A stretch of 64,000 bases of DNA, from contig NC_087472.1 in the NCBI RefSeq assembly GCF_036321535.1, positions 97,342,001 to 97,406,000 on the forward strand. Reading direction: 5' to 3'. Of the stretch, positions 26,440 through 40,620 are shown in pieces; the first letter of the stretch is position 1, and every line of letters starts with the position of its first letter. Both the position numbers and the translations under genes were made by a program. The notes under the pieces are model-generated. The model saw only the letters and a list, made by a program, of their open reading frames with translations. It was not told the origin of the DNA and did no database searches. Origin of the DNA: Camelus dromedarius. Lineage: Eukaryota.

Positions 26440-29400
26440 TGGGGAGTTCTGGTACTAGGTAAGATTGAATAAGAAAATCCACTCTGTGTCTTGTGCTAAA
26501 TACGGCTATAAAACTTGGACATAATGTATGGAGCAGTTATTTGAGGGCTCTGAAATGTAAACAATAGCAGGCAGAAGGGGAAAGAAGGTCAGAATTAAAA
26601 ATAACGCTGAACTGGCAGTTAGTTTACCACTTTTTCTTCCTTGAGTATCTCCCAGCATGAAGACAATGCAGCCCAAAACCCAGAGCAGGATTGGGGTGAA
26701 GAGGGAGAGCTCCAGGAAAAGACCTCTATTTTTGCCTCTAGAAGTGGGAAAGAGGTCTCCTAATGCTCAGAGTTGGGCAATCTCCCACTTGTTTTTTTCT
26801 TTTCTTCATTTTCTCATCTCTCAGCCCAAGCAGTCCCATGGCATCAGATGTGAGAATACAGAGAACATGTGAGAGAGGGGAGTCTTTCTGATGGAAAAAG
26901 CTGAGATCCCAAGATGGCAGGAGCAAACTCCTTTTGAAGTGTTTCTTTGTACTCTTGTCACTTAGTCCTAAATGCAACACAAGTGGCAGGAAATGTGTGG
27001 CAAAGTAAGATGAATAAAGCCACAACCTTCTGGCTAAAGGGCCATAATGAAGGGCACCAGGGCACCAGAAAGTCCTGGGGAAATCATAGAGGCAGGAATT
27101 TGGGAGACCAGCCTCTTAACGTTTGTTATGAACTCCCAAACTCATCCATGACTGTGTGCATGGATCTGTCTTACGCAGCCTACCATAGACTTTGAGAACT
27201 GAACAACAGGGTAGACTGGCCACTGGGTGGTGCACATGAGGGACAGATCCAAACAGCCCTGAAAAGGCTTTGAAATTGGAACAGTCATTGAAACTATAAT
27301 CTACGGAAGGCTGGCCAGAACTTGTGGCCTGAACCCAACCAGGTCAATTACCTACTAAAACAATAACAAAAATTCTCCATGTGATTTAAACATGATCCTT
27401 TCTTATAATGTGGTACTCAAAATGTCTAGAATATAATCCAAAATTATGTAGTATCCAAAGAGTGAGGAAAATTTAACTTGCATGGGGAAACAGAATCAGC
27501 AGACACAAACACTGAGATGACACAGTTGTTAGAATTTTCTGATAAAGACTTTAAAGCAGCCATTATAAAACTGCTGTAATAAGTAGGGATGACCACTCTT
27601 GAAAAAAAATGAAAGGACAGAAAATGTCAGCAAAGAAATAGAAAATGTAAAGAGAAACGAAAATTTTAGAATTGAAATAAAAAACAACTGGAAGAGTTTA
27701 ACAGAATGAAAGTGATAGTGGAAAGAATCTGAATTTGTAGGTAGATTAGCAAAAATTATCCAACTTGAGCAGTTGAGTAAGAACAGATTAAAAAGTGAAC
27801 AAAGTCTCAGGGACCTCTGAGGTAATAACAAAAAAGTCTTTGTGTCACTGGAAGCCCAGAGAGAATAAAAGAGTGAAAATATTTGAGGAAATAATGGTCA
27901 GAAACTTTCCAGATTTGTCAAAAGACATGAACCGACTATGCATTCAAGAAGTTCAGCAAACTCAAAACAAGATAAAGCCGAAGAAATCCAAACCCAGACA
28001 CATCATAATCAAACTGCTGAAAATTAAAGTCAAAGAAAGAATCTTGAAAGCAACCAGATAAAAACATGACATTATTTATCGGGGAAGAGTTACTCATTTA
28101 GGAGCTGATTTCTCATCAGCAACCATGGATGGTAGAAGGAATTAGAACATTTTTAAAGTGATAAAAGACTTGTTCAGCCCATAATTCCCTATCTAGCGAA
28201 AATAATTCTTTAGCAATAAAGGTGAAATAAAGACACTCTCAGATGAAGAAAAACTAAGAAATTTTGTTGCCAGAAGACCTGCTATGAAAGAATTGCTAAA
28301 GAAAGATGTTTATAAAGGAAGGACATGGTACCAGAAGGAAACTTGGAATATCAAGAATAAAGAGAAACATAACTGCTAAATATCTGGGTCTATATAATAG
28401 ACTAGTCTTCTCCCATTGAGTTGTTTAAAATGTTTGATGGTTGAAAGTAAAAATTACAAGGTTGTCTGATGAGTTTTCAATGTTATACATAAGACAATTA
28501 CAATATGGGGTGGGGTAAAAGAACATACATGATGGAAAGACTTTTTCTTACCACCTAAAGTGGCAAAATAGTGATTCAGTGTAGACAAAATAAGTGCAGT
28601 ATATATAATACAATTCTTAAAGCCACTCAGAAAAAACAACAGGAGATACAGTTTAAAAAAGAAAATAGAAACATTTTTTAAATGGGTAAAGGATCTGAAT
28701 AGATATTTTTCCAAAGAAGACAAATAGCCAACAGCTTCATTAGAAGGTACTCAATGCTGCTAATCATAAGGGGAATGCAAATCAAAAACACAGTAAGATA
28801 TCACCTCCACCTGTTAGGATGTCCATTATCAAAAAGACAAGAGATAACAAATGCTGGCGAGGATGCAGAGAAAGGGGAACCCTTGTACACTATTGGTGGG
28901 AATGTAAATTAGTGCAGCCACAATTGAAAACAATATGGAGGTTCCTCAAGAAATTAGAAGTAGAGCTACTTTATGATCTATCAATTCCACTTCTGCATGT
29001 ATCTCTGAAGGAAATGAAATCATCATGCTAAGTGGAACAAGACAGATAAAGACAAATAATGCATGATATCACTTATATATGGAATATTTTTAAGTTGAAC
29101 TTAAATGTTATCACAAAAAAGGTAAATACCAAAAAAAAAAAGTAAATGTGACAGGTGATGGATATGTTAACTTGATTATAGGAATCTCTTCACAATGTAT
29201 ACATAAATCAAATCATGCTGTACACTTTAAGTATCTTAAAATTTTATTTGGCAATTATAACTCAATAAAGCTAAAAAAAACAAAAGATAATAAGAGAGTA
29301 CTATGAAGAGTTCTCCAAATGTAATTTCAGCAACTTCAATGAAATGGAGAATTCTTCAAAACTCAAAAATGGTCAACATTTTCTGAAGATGAAATAGATA

Positions 29401-30710
29401 ACCTGAGTAATTCCATAACTATTTTTTTAACATTTTTTATTGATTTATAATCATTTTACAATGTTGTGTCAAATTCCAGTATTCAGCACAATTTTTCAGT
29501 TATTCATGGACATATACACACTCATTGTCACATTTTTTCTCTGTGAGTTATAACATTTTGTGTATATTTCCCTGTGCTATTCCATAACTATTAAAGAGAT
29601 TGAAGTCATAATTCTTCAAAAAAGGAAAGGCCAAGATCATTTCACTGGCAAACTCTACAAAACATTTAAGGAAGAAATAATACCAGTTGTACACAGTGTT
29701 TTCCAGAAAATCGAAAAGGAGAGAACACTTCCAAACTCATCTGATGAGACCAGCAGTGCCTTCATATCAAACCCATACAAAGACAGGACAAGAATAAAAC
29801 TATAGACTAATATCCCTCATGACCAGAGACCTAAAATTCCTTGAGAAAATATTAGCAAAAAAAAAAAAAATCCAATCCACCAACATATAAAAAGAATAAT
29901 ACACCACATCAAGTGGGATTTGTTTCAAGAATGCAAGGCTGTTTTAATATTTGAAAATCAATTAATGAATTGTACCATATTAACAACCTAAATTTAAAAA
30001 CTCCATGTGATTATATCAATTGACATAGAAAAGCATTTGACAAAATTCAACATCCATTATGAGAAAGCTCTGTGCAAACTAAAAATAGAAAGCAATGTCC
30101 TGGTAAAGGGCAGCTACAAAACTCCCAGAGCTGACATTACTTCCCCATGAAAGACTGAACACTTTCCCTCTAATACCAGGAACAAGGCAGAGATGTCCCA
30201 TTCTCATCACTGCTACTCAATATCATACTAGAGGTCCTGGATAGTGGAATAAGGAATGAAAAACAAATAAAAAGTATATAAAGTGAAAGGAGAGAAATAA
30301 CGACTTTCTCTATTCCCAGACAACATGATTGTTTATGGACAATATCCCAATATCTACAAAAGCTTTCAAAACTAATAAATGAGTTTAAGGAGGTCACAGG
30401 ATACTAGGTAAAAACACAAAAATCAGTTATATTTCTATGTACTAGCAATGAGTAATGGAAACTGAAATTTAAAAAATCATAATTTTAATCACTCCAAAAA
30501 ATGAAATACATATGTATAAACCTAACAAAACATATGAAGGATACATATGCTGAAAACTACAGAACACTGATAACAAAATCAAAGAAAAACTAAATAACTG
30601 GAGAACATACTATGTTCGTAGATTGAAAGACTCAACATAGCAAAGATTTCTGTTTTCCTTCTATTGATTTATGTATTTAACAAAATATCAGAATTCCAGC
30701 AGGAATTTTT
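26440..30710 (+). mobile_element. Old L1 (5' UTR, ORF1, ORF2 parts) with nested younger L1 fragments
   Basis: ORF1-like KIFEEIMVRNFPDL...PRHIIIKLLK (27795..28061). ORF2 C-terminal NKCWRGCRERGTLVHYWWECKLVQP (28819..29031). ORF2 FTGKLYKTFKEEIIP (29560..29805). Confidence 0.88.
29422..29578 (-). mobile_element. Young camelid-type L1 3' end nested in older L1, with TSD
   Basis: tttttttaacattttttattgatttataatcattttacaatgttgtgtcaaattcc..., flanked by attccataactatt at 29410..29423 and 29579..29592. Confidence 0.85.
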
Positions 30711-30711
30711 A

Positions 30712-31070
30712 GTATTGATTATCTCTTGCTGTGTACCCAAAATGTAGTGACTTAAAACAGTGCACATTTATTATTCACAGTTTGAATCGGGAATCTGGAC
30801 AGGGGTTATCTGGCTTCTCTTTTACGAGTCTCTCAGATACTGCAATTGAGATGTAGGCTGGGCTATTGCCATCTTACGTCTTGACTGGAAAAGGATCCAC
30901 TTCTAAGCTCATGTGGTTGTTAGCAGGATTCTGTTCTTTGTGGGCTGTTAGACCAAGGGTCTCAACTTCTTTGTGTTTGTTGTCTGGAGGTTATCCTCTT
31001 TTCTTTACCTTCTGGGCTTTTCCAACATGGCCGCTTGTTTCCTCAAAGCTAGCGAGAGAGAAAGAGTGAG
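30712..31070 (-). mobile_element. MaLR LTR (MLT1 family)
   Basis: tagtgacttaaaaca...catttattatt...gatccacttctaagctcatgtggttgttagcagga. Confidence 0.75.
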
Positions 31071-31119
31071 AGAGAGGAGAGAAGACAGACAGAGGGCTAA
31101 AGAGAATCAGTAAATCACA

Positions 31120-31400
31120 AAAGGGTGATAGAAGCTGTTGAAAGGTATGGTGGCCAGGGAAGGCTTCAGTGAGAGGGTGGTTTTAAGAGTAAATGCCTGA
31201 AGGAGGAGGAGAAATGACCCAAGTGTCTCCCTGTAGGAAGAGATTTTCAGGCAGAGGAAACAGCATGTGCAAATATCTGAAGAAGAAATATGTCTGGAGG
31301 TACAAGGCAGAGCAAAGAGGCTGGTATGACAGGAGCACAGTAAACTCCAGGGAGGGAAATAGGGGATAAGTAAAGAGGGGTAACAGGTGGCAGGGGAGAT
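31120..31400 (-). mobile_element. L2 fragment
   Basis: gtggccagggaaggcttcagtgag...caggcagaggaaacagcatgtgcaaa. Confidence 0.7.
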
Positions 31401-32699
31401 TTGCTGGATGAATGTGCCAATGAAGCTATAGAAAAACTTTCATCATCTTTCTTCTACAACATGTTAATGTTTTTCATCTTTATTTTGGAAAGAAAATTAT
31501 TTTGTGTCTGTTTTCGTGATCCATTGTCTACAATTTTATACTGTTATTTTAGCTCGGTCTACATTTCAAGTGGCTTCACTATTCCTTAATGGCTCATCAT
31601 TTTTTGACAATTGAAGTTGGTTATTAAATTATTCCTTAGTGTTTCAGTTTTTGTTTCTCTGTTAAGATAGTGTTTTGTAACCCTGTTGCCATTATTGCCA
31701 TTCTTGTTTCTGGACTGTTTGATGATTCCCCAACTCCCTCTCTGTTGTACAGTCCTGGGTAGGACTTGAAATTTTCTTAGGAATCTGACCTGAAGTTGTA
31801 CATAATGACCAGTATATTCTATTGCAAGTTTGAAGAACACAAAATTAAAGCCCATGTGTTTTCAGTTAATTTTTTAAAAGCCTGAACTTTTATGATACAA
31901 GAGATATTTTACCAGTTTTAGGGATAGTTAATTTTGTAATTGATGATCAGCTCTTGAAACTGCTACCTGAGGTGAAAATAGTGCACTGGTTCTTTAATTT
32001 GAACTTGTAGGAACAGAGTAGTAGTTTTTTCTCTGATCTTCTTACAGACTTAATGCTGAATATTTATGATTTTTTCATACACAGAACTCCCTAACCATAG
32101 CTGAAGAAAACTCAAAATGGTAGAGATGATCCAAGTTGCAATTCTTTTCAGATGCTGGAAAAAAACAGTTTTAGTGTATGAATAATGATGTGTAATATGG
32201 AAACCATTTATTTCACTAAGTGCTAAAACAACATGTGTCAAGAAGATAAAGTTCCACTTTCCCGTCTTCCAGAGCTGGAGCAGTCCTGAATGAACTGTTG
32301 GGCATGTGTTTTATTGTCAAAGAAGAAGGGGAACCTTCTTCTTGGCAGTGGTAGGTTCTAACCCCAGAGATGAAGTATCAACTGAATGGGAGGCAGAATC
32401 CTTACAGATCCATTTAGTGTGCTCATTTTCCTCTCTTCAGACTGTCCCATGCTGAGTATATGCCAGGCAGATAACAGCCTATCTTATTTTTAAAGACCTA
32501 TTTCTTCTTGCAGGCAGGATTTCTTTATGGGAGGGGCATTGCATGTAGATCAGCAAATAAGCATGCCACAGTACTGCGTTAGAGAGAATGTTTTCTCTTT
32601 GGGAATTCTGTCAGATAAACTTTTCAGATTGGTTTTCATTAAATGCTAAAGATAAGGTTTTATATATAATTTCCTGCTAATACCATGTATGTACACACA

Positions 32700-33125
32700 T
32701 ATATAAAATATACATTGTATCCAGTGTTGAATTTTATATACACATACAGTGCCTGCACGAAAGAACAAGAGTTAAAGAGTTGGAGTTAAGGAATTGGCTC
32801 ACATGATTGTGGAGGCTTGAAAATCTAAAATCTGATGGGGTAGGCCAGCAGGCTGGAGACCCAAGGAAGAGTTGAAGTTGTGTGCAAAGGAAGTATGCTG
32901 ACAGAATTCCTTCTTGCTTGAGGGACATTTGATCTTTTTTCTGTGAAGGCCTTCAACGTACTGGCTGGGGCTCACTTATGGAATAATCTGTTTTCTTTGA
33001 AGGCCATCTATTTAACTGTCAGTCTTATCCAAAAACCATCTTCATAGAAACATCCACAATACTGTTTAACCAACTGTTTGGATACTGTAGCCTAGCTAGG
33101 TTGACACCTAACATCAACCATCACA
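32700..33125 (-). mobile_element. MLT2 (ERVL) LTR
   Basis: taaggaattggctcacatgattgtggaggct...gttgacacctaacatcaaccatcaca. Confidence 0.8.
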
Positions 33126-34229
33126 ATAATTTTGCTTAAATTGTTCATTAATATTGTTTATGTTCTTACAAAAGCTGTAAACTTAATTTATTCCTTTTGT
33201 TAGTTTCTTTAATGTCAATTCTCAGGAGATTAAAAAATTTTTTTTAAATGAGTAGTTATGTATTGGTTAAAAAGTGTTGAATACAGATAATGTAAAACGT
33301 GACCAACAGTTATGACATGATATATTACTTTTCAGAAAAGTCTGGATTAAAATGCTGTGCAGAGATATTTGTGATTTATGAAGTGTATTTGATGCTGAAA
33401 TGTTACAGATTCTAACCCTAAAATGATGACATGAAATTATTTCTAGCTGTTTCCAGGGCCACTGCCAGCACTAGATGTGATGATGGAAACTCAGGGGAAC
33501 TCTCTCACTTAGAAATTTATTAGAATTCACCAGTTACTTCTGAGGAGCATTTTTTTTTTTTTTTTTTTGGTAGGGCCCAGGGCTGAAGTGGACCCATGTG
33601 TGGCATCTGATGACTGTTTAGAAAGTTTAAGAAAACCAGTCTGGAGCTGTTCTATAGTTTGATTCTCATCTCCTGGTGATATTTCTTCATAAAAGTATCC
33701 CAGAATCAGGCCCAGGCATGGTTAGTGGTCCTCAAGAGGGTAAAGTTCGCCAGTAATAGCTGCATATAAATAGCCAATTATATAGAGGGGATGGTTCAAA
33801 TGGATTCTTCCCAGGAGGAATAAACTTGGAGATGAGAAAAAGAACAATGACTAGATATTCTTTGTATAAGAAATTGAGAAGTGGCCCTCAAAGCAATATC
33901 AAGCTGGCCTCTGGAGAGCTTGCTGCTTGCTATAAATTGCCAAAAATTTAAAATGTTAATGTCTGTGTCATGTTTTGGGTTTCCTCCTTCATGCAATGAA
34001 TAGCTAATAGTTGCATTAGAGAAGAAAGAAGGTATATTGTAAATTCTGGGGAAAATTATACTAATCTTCCCCTTTCACCAGGTTTGTATTTATTAATTCA
34101 TTTGTATAGCAAAGCACTATTAAGGTGAAGTTTATGGGGGTTGTATTTTTTTTTAAACTGGTCCTTTGTATTTAAGAAAATCAGATGAATTTTACTTATC
34201 TGGAAATGGAAATAAAATAACTAGTTTTT

Positions 34230-34410
34230 AAGAGCTGTAAGTTCTCAAAATTCAGAATTATTTGGACGGTGTATTCAAAGATAGGTGGGCCCTACAAACA
34301 GAATTTCTGATCCAGTAGCTTTGGCACGAGGCCCCAAATTTGGACTTTGAACATGTTTCCAGTTGATCTGCTGCTGCTGGTTTTGGCAGTATACTTTGAT
34401 AGCCAGGGCT
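34230..34410. mobile_element. MER5-type hAT transposon
   Basis: gttctcaaa...cagaatttctgatccagtag...gatctgctgctgctgg. Confidence 0.6.
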
Positions 34411-34867
34411 GAAGGTTTTACACATTCAGCACTGTGAGCTATTGACCTTGAAGAAATTCTACCAAAGACGAATATACATTCCCTCTTCCCTAGAAAGATC
34501 TTATTTTACAGGGGAAATAGCTATTTAGGGTATTAATGCAAGGTGGCACAGTATTATTATTATTATTATGTATACCATATTTAGATATGTTTTCAAAATT
34601 TCAAGTTGAATGTTTAGGGTTGACCCCCTCTGTCACCAAATAATGATACTCTTAAAAAAAAAAAAATCATGGGGCCAACTACTTTCTACCCAAGCCATTT
34701 GATACTTTTTCATCTACAAGTAGTAACTGTTCTAAACACACTCTGTATATATACATATATTTCATATATACCTCACATATATTATATATGTATGTTATAT
34801 ATATTTTATATATAAGAAAAGTATACTTTAATAACATTTAAAGCTGTAGTTGCCTTCAGCCTAGGAC

Positions 34868-35025
34868 TTTGCTACTAAAGTGTGATGCTAGGATCACCAG
34901 CATCAGCATCACCTGCTAAGTGCACAGTCCTGAGCCCTGCCTCAGAGCTACTAAATTCAAATCTGCATTTTAACAAGACCTCTAGGTTATTCATTTTCAC
35001 AACACAGTTTGGGAAGATCTGTTCT
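34868..35025. mobile_element. MER5A
   Basis: tgctactaaagtgtg...accagcatcagcatcacctg...aatctgcattttaacaaga. Confidence 0.75.
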
Positions 35026-35739
35026 AGGAATAATTTAATAACAAATCGAACTGGTGATTTCCATGCAGAAGCAGAAACTTTTTGACAAACACAGTGTGAA
35101 GGGAACTGTGGAATGGCAGACAGGCTGAGGTTATCGGACCTAATAAGGTGTTAGAGCTGGGAGGCCGGGAAGTGCTGAGCTGTTGACCACTCTGACTTTG
35201 GTCATGCTGAGTTTTTCTATTTGTGTAAAAGAAACCCATTAATTAAATAGCCTTAGATTCTAAACAACAGGGAGAAAAATCAATTAGAACACCTTGGAGA
35301 GTGAGACAGTATTGGAAAAATTCATTATCAGATGGCCAGCATATCTTGAGAGGGAAAGTTAGTTTTGACCTCTCCACATCACCAAGGAGTAATGCTCAAA
35401 AAGTAATCATGGGGAAACTACTGCTGTTACGTAAGCCATTTGACACCACTTTATCCACAAATAGTAACTGTCCTTAAATAGGCCTTGATTTCTTTGAGCC
35501 AAAGAAAATACACAAACTAGCCAATACAGATGAGAAGCAAACATGTTTAGCACTATTTTTCCATCACTCTTTTTTTTCCGCCATCCTTATGTTCTTCTGG
35601 GTTTTGGGTTAAATACGGCTTGTCTGATAATAGTAAATAGAAATAACACCGTTTGTTGCATTTGAGATTTCAGTTCAAAGTAGATTATTTTTATCAGTCC
35701 TGGGAAATAATCAGAATAGCTTTATTAAGCTTCAGTGTG

Positions 35740-36290
35740 ACAAAGACAGCCTCCTATGGTCTCCCTACTCCTATTTCTCCTCCTCTACTCACACAGCTCT
35801 CTCTTCATCCTTTTAAAATCTAAGTTATAACATGCCATTCCTCTGCTTAAAACCCTCCAGGGACATTCCATCATACTTAAAATTCTATAGAATTTTTTTC
35901 ATGACCTCCAGGGTCATTATCAGGTCCCTGGTTACTCCTGTCGCTCTTTCTCCTGCTTCCTTCTCTCACACTCCCCTTGTTCTCCTTGATTGACAGGTAT
36001 GCTAGAGCCTCAGGGTCTTTGCACATGCTTCCTTCACATGGCTCCTTTTCCTCAATTCTGCAGGTTTCTGTTCCATCGCCTCCATGATGGGACTTCTTTG
36101 GCCACCCAATTAGAAGATACATGCCTCTATTTTTGTAATTCCCCTTGAATTTTGTTTTATTCATCCTGACATTGTAGTAAATTTGCTTGTTGTCTCTCTC
36201 TCACAAGAGAAGCCTTGGTCTGTTTTCAGTCCCATTCTAATTCTATGGCTGGCACATAGGAAGGGTTTAATAAATATTTATTGAGTGAGT
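35740..36290 (+). mobile_element. L2 3' end
   Basis: ttcctctgcttaaaaccctcca...cctcagggtctttgcacatgct...tggcacatagg...taataaatatttattgagtga. Confidence 0.75.
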
Positions 36291-36330
36291 TATATAATTC
36301 AGTATTTATTGAGTGAGTTATATAATTCAG
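36275..36330. repeat. Perfect 28-bp tandem duplication
   Basis: tatttattgagtgagttatataattcag twice (36275..36302, 36303..36330). Confidence 0.95.
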
Positions 36331-36639
36331 TCAACTTATCATTCTGTTTAAGTATCCACATGATTTCTTTTTCAACACATCATAGCTCAATGAAGATATT
36401 TATATAGTGGTGGGCTCTTGTTTCCTCCTTCTGTCTGAGGGTAGGGCCACAGGAAGAAAACTACTATTTATTTATTTATTTAGTATTGCTCTATACATTT
36501 ATTATCTCATTACTATTATTCACAACAATCTTGTGAAGAAGGCATTAGTGTCCTCTTTTTATAAATGAGTACATAGAGACTTTAACAGTTTACATGATCT
36601 ACCCAAATATATAGAGTTAAAAAAGATGCTATTCTGTAG

Positions 36640-37760
36640 AGTAAGTATCACCACAAAGAAAGTGAAACATGAGGGACAGATAGCAAGAAGATCCTTATAA
36701 CTGGCAAAAGATTAATACGCAGAGTCAATGCAGAACACTTACAAATCAATAGAGAAAGACGACCCCATAGAAAATAGAGTAAAGGCTATATATAGTTAGG
36801 CAATTTATAAAAGAAGAGTTCTGAATGGCTGATAAATAGATGATGTTTCACCTGATTAGTAATCAGGAAACTGCTAATTAAAACAAGATACCATTTCATA
36901 CTCATCAGACCACTGAAAGTTAGAAAGCCTAACAGTATAAATTGTGGGGAAATAAGAATGCACATATTAAACCATTAGTGGGAATGTAAGTTCGTTTAAC
37001 CACTTTGAAGAGCTATTTGATAATATCTAGTGAAGGTGAAGCTGCACGTACATTATGACCCAGCCATTGCTCTTCTAAGTGATATTCAAAGTATTTGATA
37101 ACTGCTATCAGAGGCACCAACCAGTCAGAATAAACATATGTTGCAATTGGCTGGCCATGGTCATATTGGTATATTTCATTTGAATCACAGTCCTGAATAT
37201 GTCTTAGAGAAACTCCTACACACATGCACAAAGAGATGTGTATAAGAATATTCAGTAGAGCATTGTTTGTAATATGAAAAAAAACCCCTGCAAATAACAT
37301 ATATATAGGGAGATATATATATCCCTAGGGTAATGAATAAGTTGTTGCATAGTCATAGAATGGCATGCTATTCAGCATTAAATTCATTTAAATATGAAAG
37401 AACCCGATTTACATAAATCAGCTTTGGTAAATTTTACTACATAATGAGAAAAAAATTCAAAAGAATTCATATGGCATGACACCATTTATGTAAAATTTAA
37501 AGCATGAAAAAATACTGTATCTTGTTTATGGGCACATGTGTAAGTAGTAAACATATAAAATGTAAGTGGGAAGAATACACACCAACTTCAAGTGAGTTGT
37601 TACCCCTGGAGTGCAAGGAAGAGAAATAGGATAAGTTAGGAGTTTTTAGCACTCTATAATCTTTAATTTCTTAACAAAATAAATATGACAAAATATCAAC
37701 ATTTGCTAAATTTAGATGTAGATGACTGTTATTTTTAAAAATGTATGTATTTTTTTTAAA
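36640..37760 (+). mobile_element. Old L1M 3' region, possibly with a small insertion at ~37075-37193
   Basis: gataccatttcatactcatcaga...tatgacccagccattgctcttcta...agagcattgtttgtaata. Confidence 0.7.
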
Positions 37761-38569
37761 AGGAATATAAGTAATATGGTGGAGCTTGTACTGGACCCAG
37801 ATCTGTTTGCTTTCAAAGCCAGAAGGCTTTTAATTACATAAGCTCCAGAAGAAAGACCCTAGCCCGACCTCACAAATGCAGCTGTCTCTTACTAGTACTG
37901 TCAGGAACATGGCTAGATACCAGTGTCACAACGATTATTTTTTAGTGATAATCTCCCTGGAGGCCTGTGGTCTATCTTAGGCTATATGATCTGATAGCCA
38001 AGGAGAGTTCAGGTGGTTAAATGGTGGGATTGCTGGCAAAATAATGAGTGCTTTCTTTGCACACCCCAGAGTCAGATGAATTAGGGTGTAGGTGCTAGAT
38101 TGGGATGTGTATACTTACCAGAGACTCCATATTTCAGAAGTTTTGTCATCACTCTAAACGTGGGGCTTTCTCTGTGCATGTACATTTCCTCACTTGGCTA
38201 TTAGTCGGTAAAGCAATCGGATGGAGGACTTCTGCCTGTCTTGTGAAGCCCAGCTAGTTTTCTTGTCCTTCCTTCTGCTAGATTTTGCACAGGAGCACAA
38301 GCATTTAATTTAGATATGGTATTTTTGCAGCACCTCATTCATGGCTGAGGGCTCAGGAGGCGTTAACGATTTGCCATGAAAACCTACAAAGTTAGGTTCC
38401 AGAATAAACCATAAGTCTTGCTGTTAGTGATGGAGATGATTTGCCCTGACAGTCTAATCATGTAAAACTAGTGATCTGGGTCATTTCTTCTTTTCTCTAC
38501 ACCAAATTATGGTTGAGTTAGGAGCCTCTGTTTAGAGTTGGAGTTGACAGGATATATGTAAAAACTTCA

Positions 38570-38856
38570 GGGTCAGAGAAATGGGGAGATGTTGGTCAAG
38601 GAGTATAAACTTCCAGTTATGAAGTTATGGGGAGCTAATATACAGCATGGTTATTATAGTTAATAATGTACTGTATACTTGAAAGTTGCTAAGAGGTTGG
38701 ATCTTAAATGTTCTCATCATAAAAAAAAGTGGTGATGGAAGTGTTACCTATGCTATGTGGTAATCATTTTGTAATATATAAGTGTATCAAATCAACATGT
38801 TGTATATCTTAAACTTACACAATGCTATATGTCAATTATATCTCAATAAAGCTGGG
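38570..38856 (+). mobile_element. L1M 3' end
   Basis: gggagatgttggtcaaggagtataaacttccagttat...gtcaattatatctcaataaagctgg. Confidence 0.85.
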
Positions 38857-40399
38857 GGAAAAGCCCTGGTATAACTGAATATCTCAAAAATATATGGGAG
38901 CTATCTATACGACAGCAAAGAAAATATTTGGCAAGAAAAATTCCATGAAACTTTTCCTCTGAACCAACCGATTTTGCCTCTGAAACATCATTCCCTCAAT
39001 AGTTTAATCCATATTTAACCACATAGTTTATTTTCCTTCTTTTTGAGGTTCTTTGACCTCAGTGATCCTTTGTACAGTTTCAAATTTATATTTTCTGGTG
39101 CATCCAATGTTGTACTCTCTTTTCTGAAGCAGCCAGTGTGATTAATACTTATTTAGTTTTCTACATGGACTACTTTAATCTCAGTATAGCAAACTGATAT
39201 ATTGAGCTAAAATGTCAATAATAAATATGATAATGAATTAGATCTGTAGTGTAAATAAGAAAAAAATCTGTTGTATTTGAAAGAATTACCTTAAATTATT
39301 TTCTTTGTGGTTTAGGATGATACAAAAAGTAGATAGTGCCAAGAAATACCCATGTAAAGCTCAATATATATTTTTGGTTCTAATATATGAATATCTAAGT
39401 ATGATGATATGATAATGAAACTAAGTTTCACGTAAAAGTGTTTTGGGGGCAGACAGATTTAAGTGATATGAGTTGTCTTATTTTAGACATGAAAGTTTAT
39501 TAATTGAACGAGCAGATTTTACAAAGAATAGGCTTGGAAAATGATGATGTAAAAGTTACTGTGAGTACTGTCCTTGGGAAATGGTTATTAAAATTCATTA
39601 GAAGTAGATATTGCTCATCAGATGATCTTATGAACGTTTCCAGAAATGGGATAGATAAAATATGTGATAAATAATAATGGCTATACCAATGAGTTGATTC
39701 TCTAGATAGTATGAAAGTGCTTGTATTCCAAAGAAATTCCTGAAAAGAAATTAGGTAGTCTCTCCTTGACTACTAGAGCTGCTAACTGGATCTGTAACAT
39801 GATAAATACATGAGCTTTTTTATAACAAAAACAATGTAATACCTTTAAGGACCCTTTTCTCTGAAGTTTACCATCTCTCAAATACAGAGATGGGCTCCTA
39901 GCAGCTATATTTTTCATAAAGGTGATAAAGGGCCCTATTACCACCAGTCTTGGCACCTGCAGCATTTGATTGGACCATAAAGGGCCACCTGATCCAAATT
40001 GGACCTATCAGATCATCTCTTACAGAAATATAAACTTGGAGCTGAGACAATCTAACTCAATCTAGATTGATGTCATGAACAGATGTAATTTAAACCAAAG
40101 AGTTAAAGAGTCAGCCAGCTTCCACCCTCTGCGTGGCAAAACAGCAAAAGGCAGCCTGTAGAGGGAGAAGAATGGAGCAGATGTGCAGAGAGAGAGAAAT
40201 GTCAAGAACATCAATGATCTGCAGGTAGAGAGAACCAACAAGTGTCCTCACCATGTAAACACCTCCCAAAACAAAACTACGACATTTTTGAACTCCTTTT
40301 GTAATAGATTAATATTTATTTGTAGGAGTGACAGGTTGAATCAGCTTGAGTGTGACCATCATCTCCCCATATTATCTTCTTTTGTTTTAAAAAACTATT

Positions 40400-40620
40400 G
40401 AATATAATGTTAATATTCTTTTATCCTGGGTGCTTTAAATGTATTTCATCTGATCTTCATAAGTAGAAATTAAAATTACCATCCATCTTTTGCAGGTGAT
40501 GAAACCAAGACTTAGGGCCTTTATAGGACCTAATACCTAAATTCATGTAACTGGCTGTAAGTGGCAGAATGAGACTCATGCAGGTCTTTCAGACTATTAA
40601 GACTTCACCCTTAACCGTTA
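40400..40620. mobile_element. MIR SINE
   Basis: ttttgcaggtgatgaaaccaagacttag...gtaagtggcagaatgagactc. Confidence 0.6.

Noticed and set aside
33423..33543. C/D box snoRNA (ATGATGA ... CTGA)
   Set aside because: No convincing terminal stem or recognisable rRNA/snRNA guide; such boxes are common by chance.
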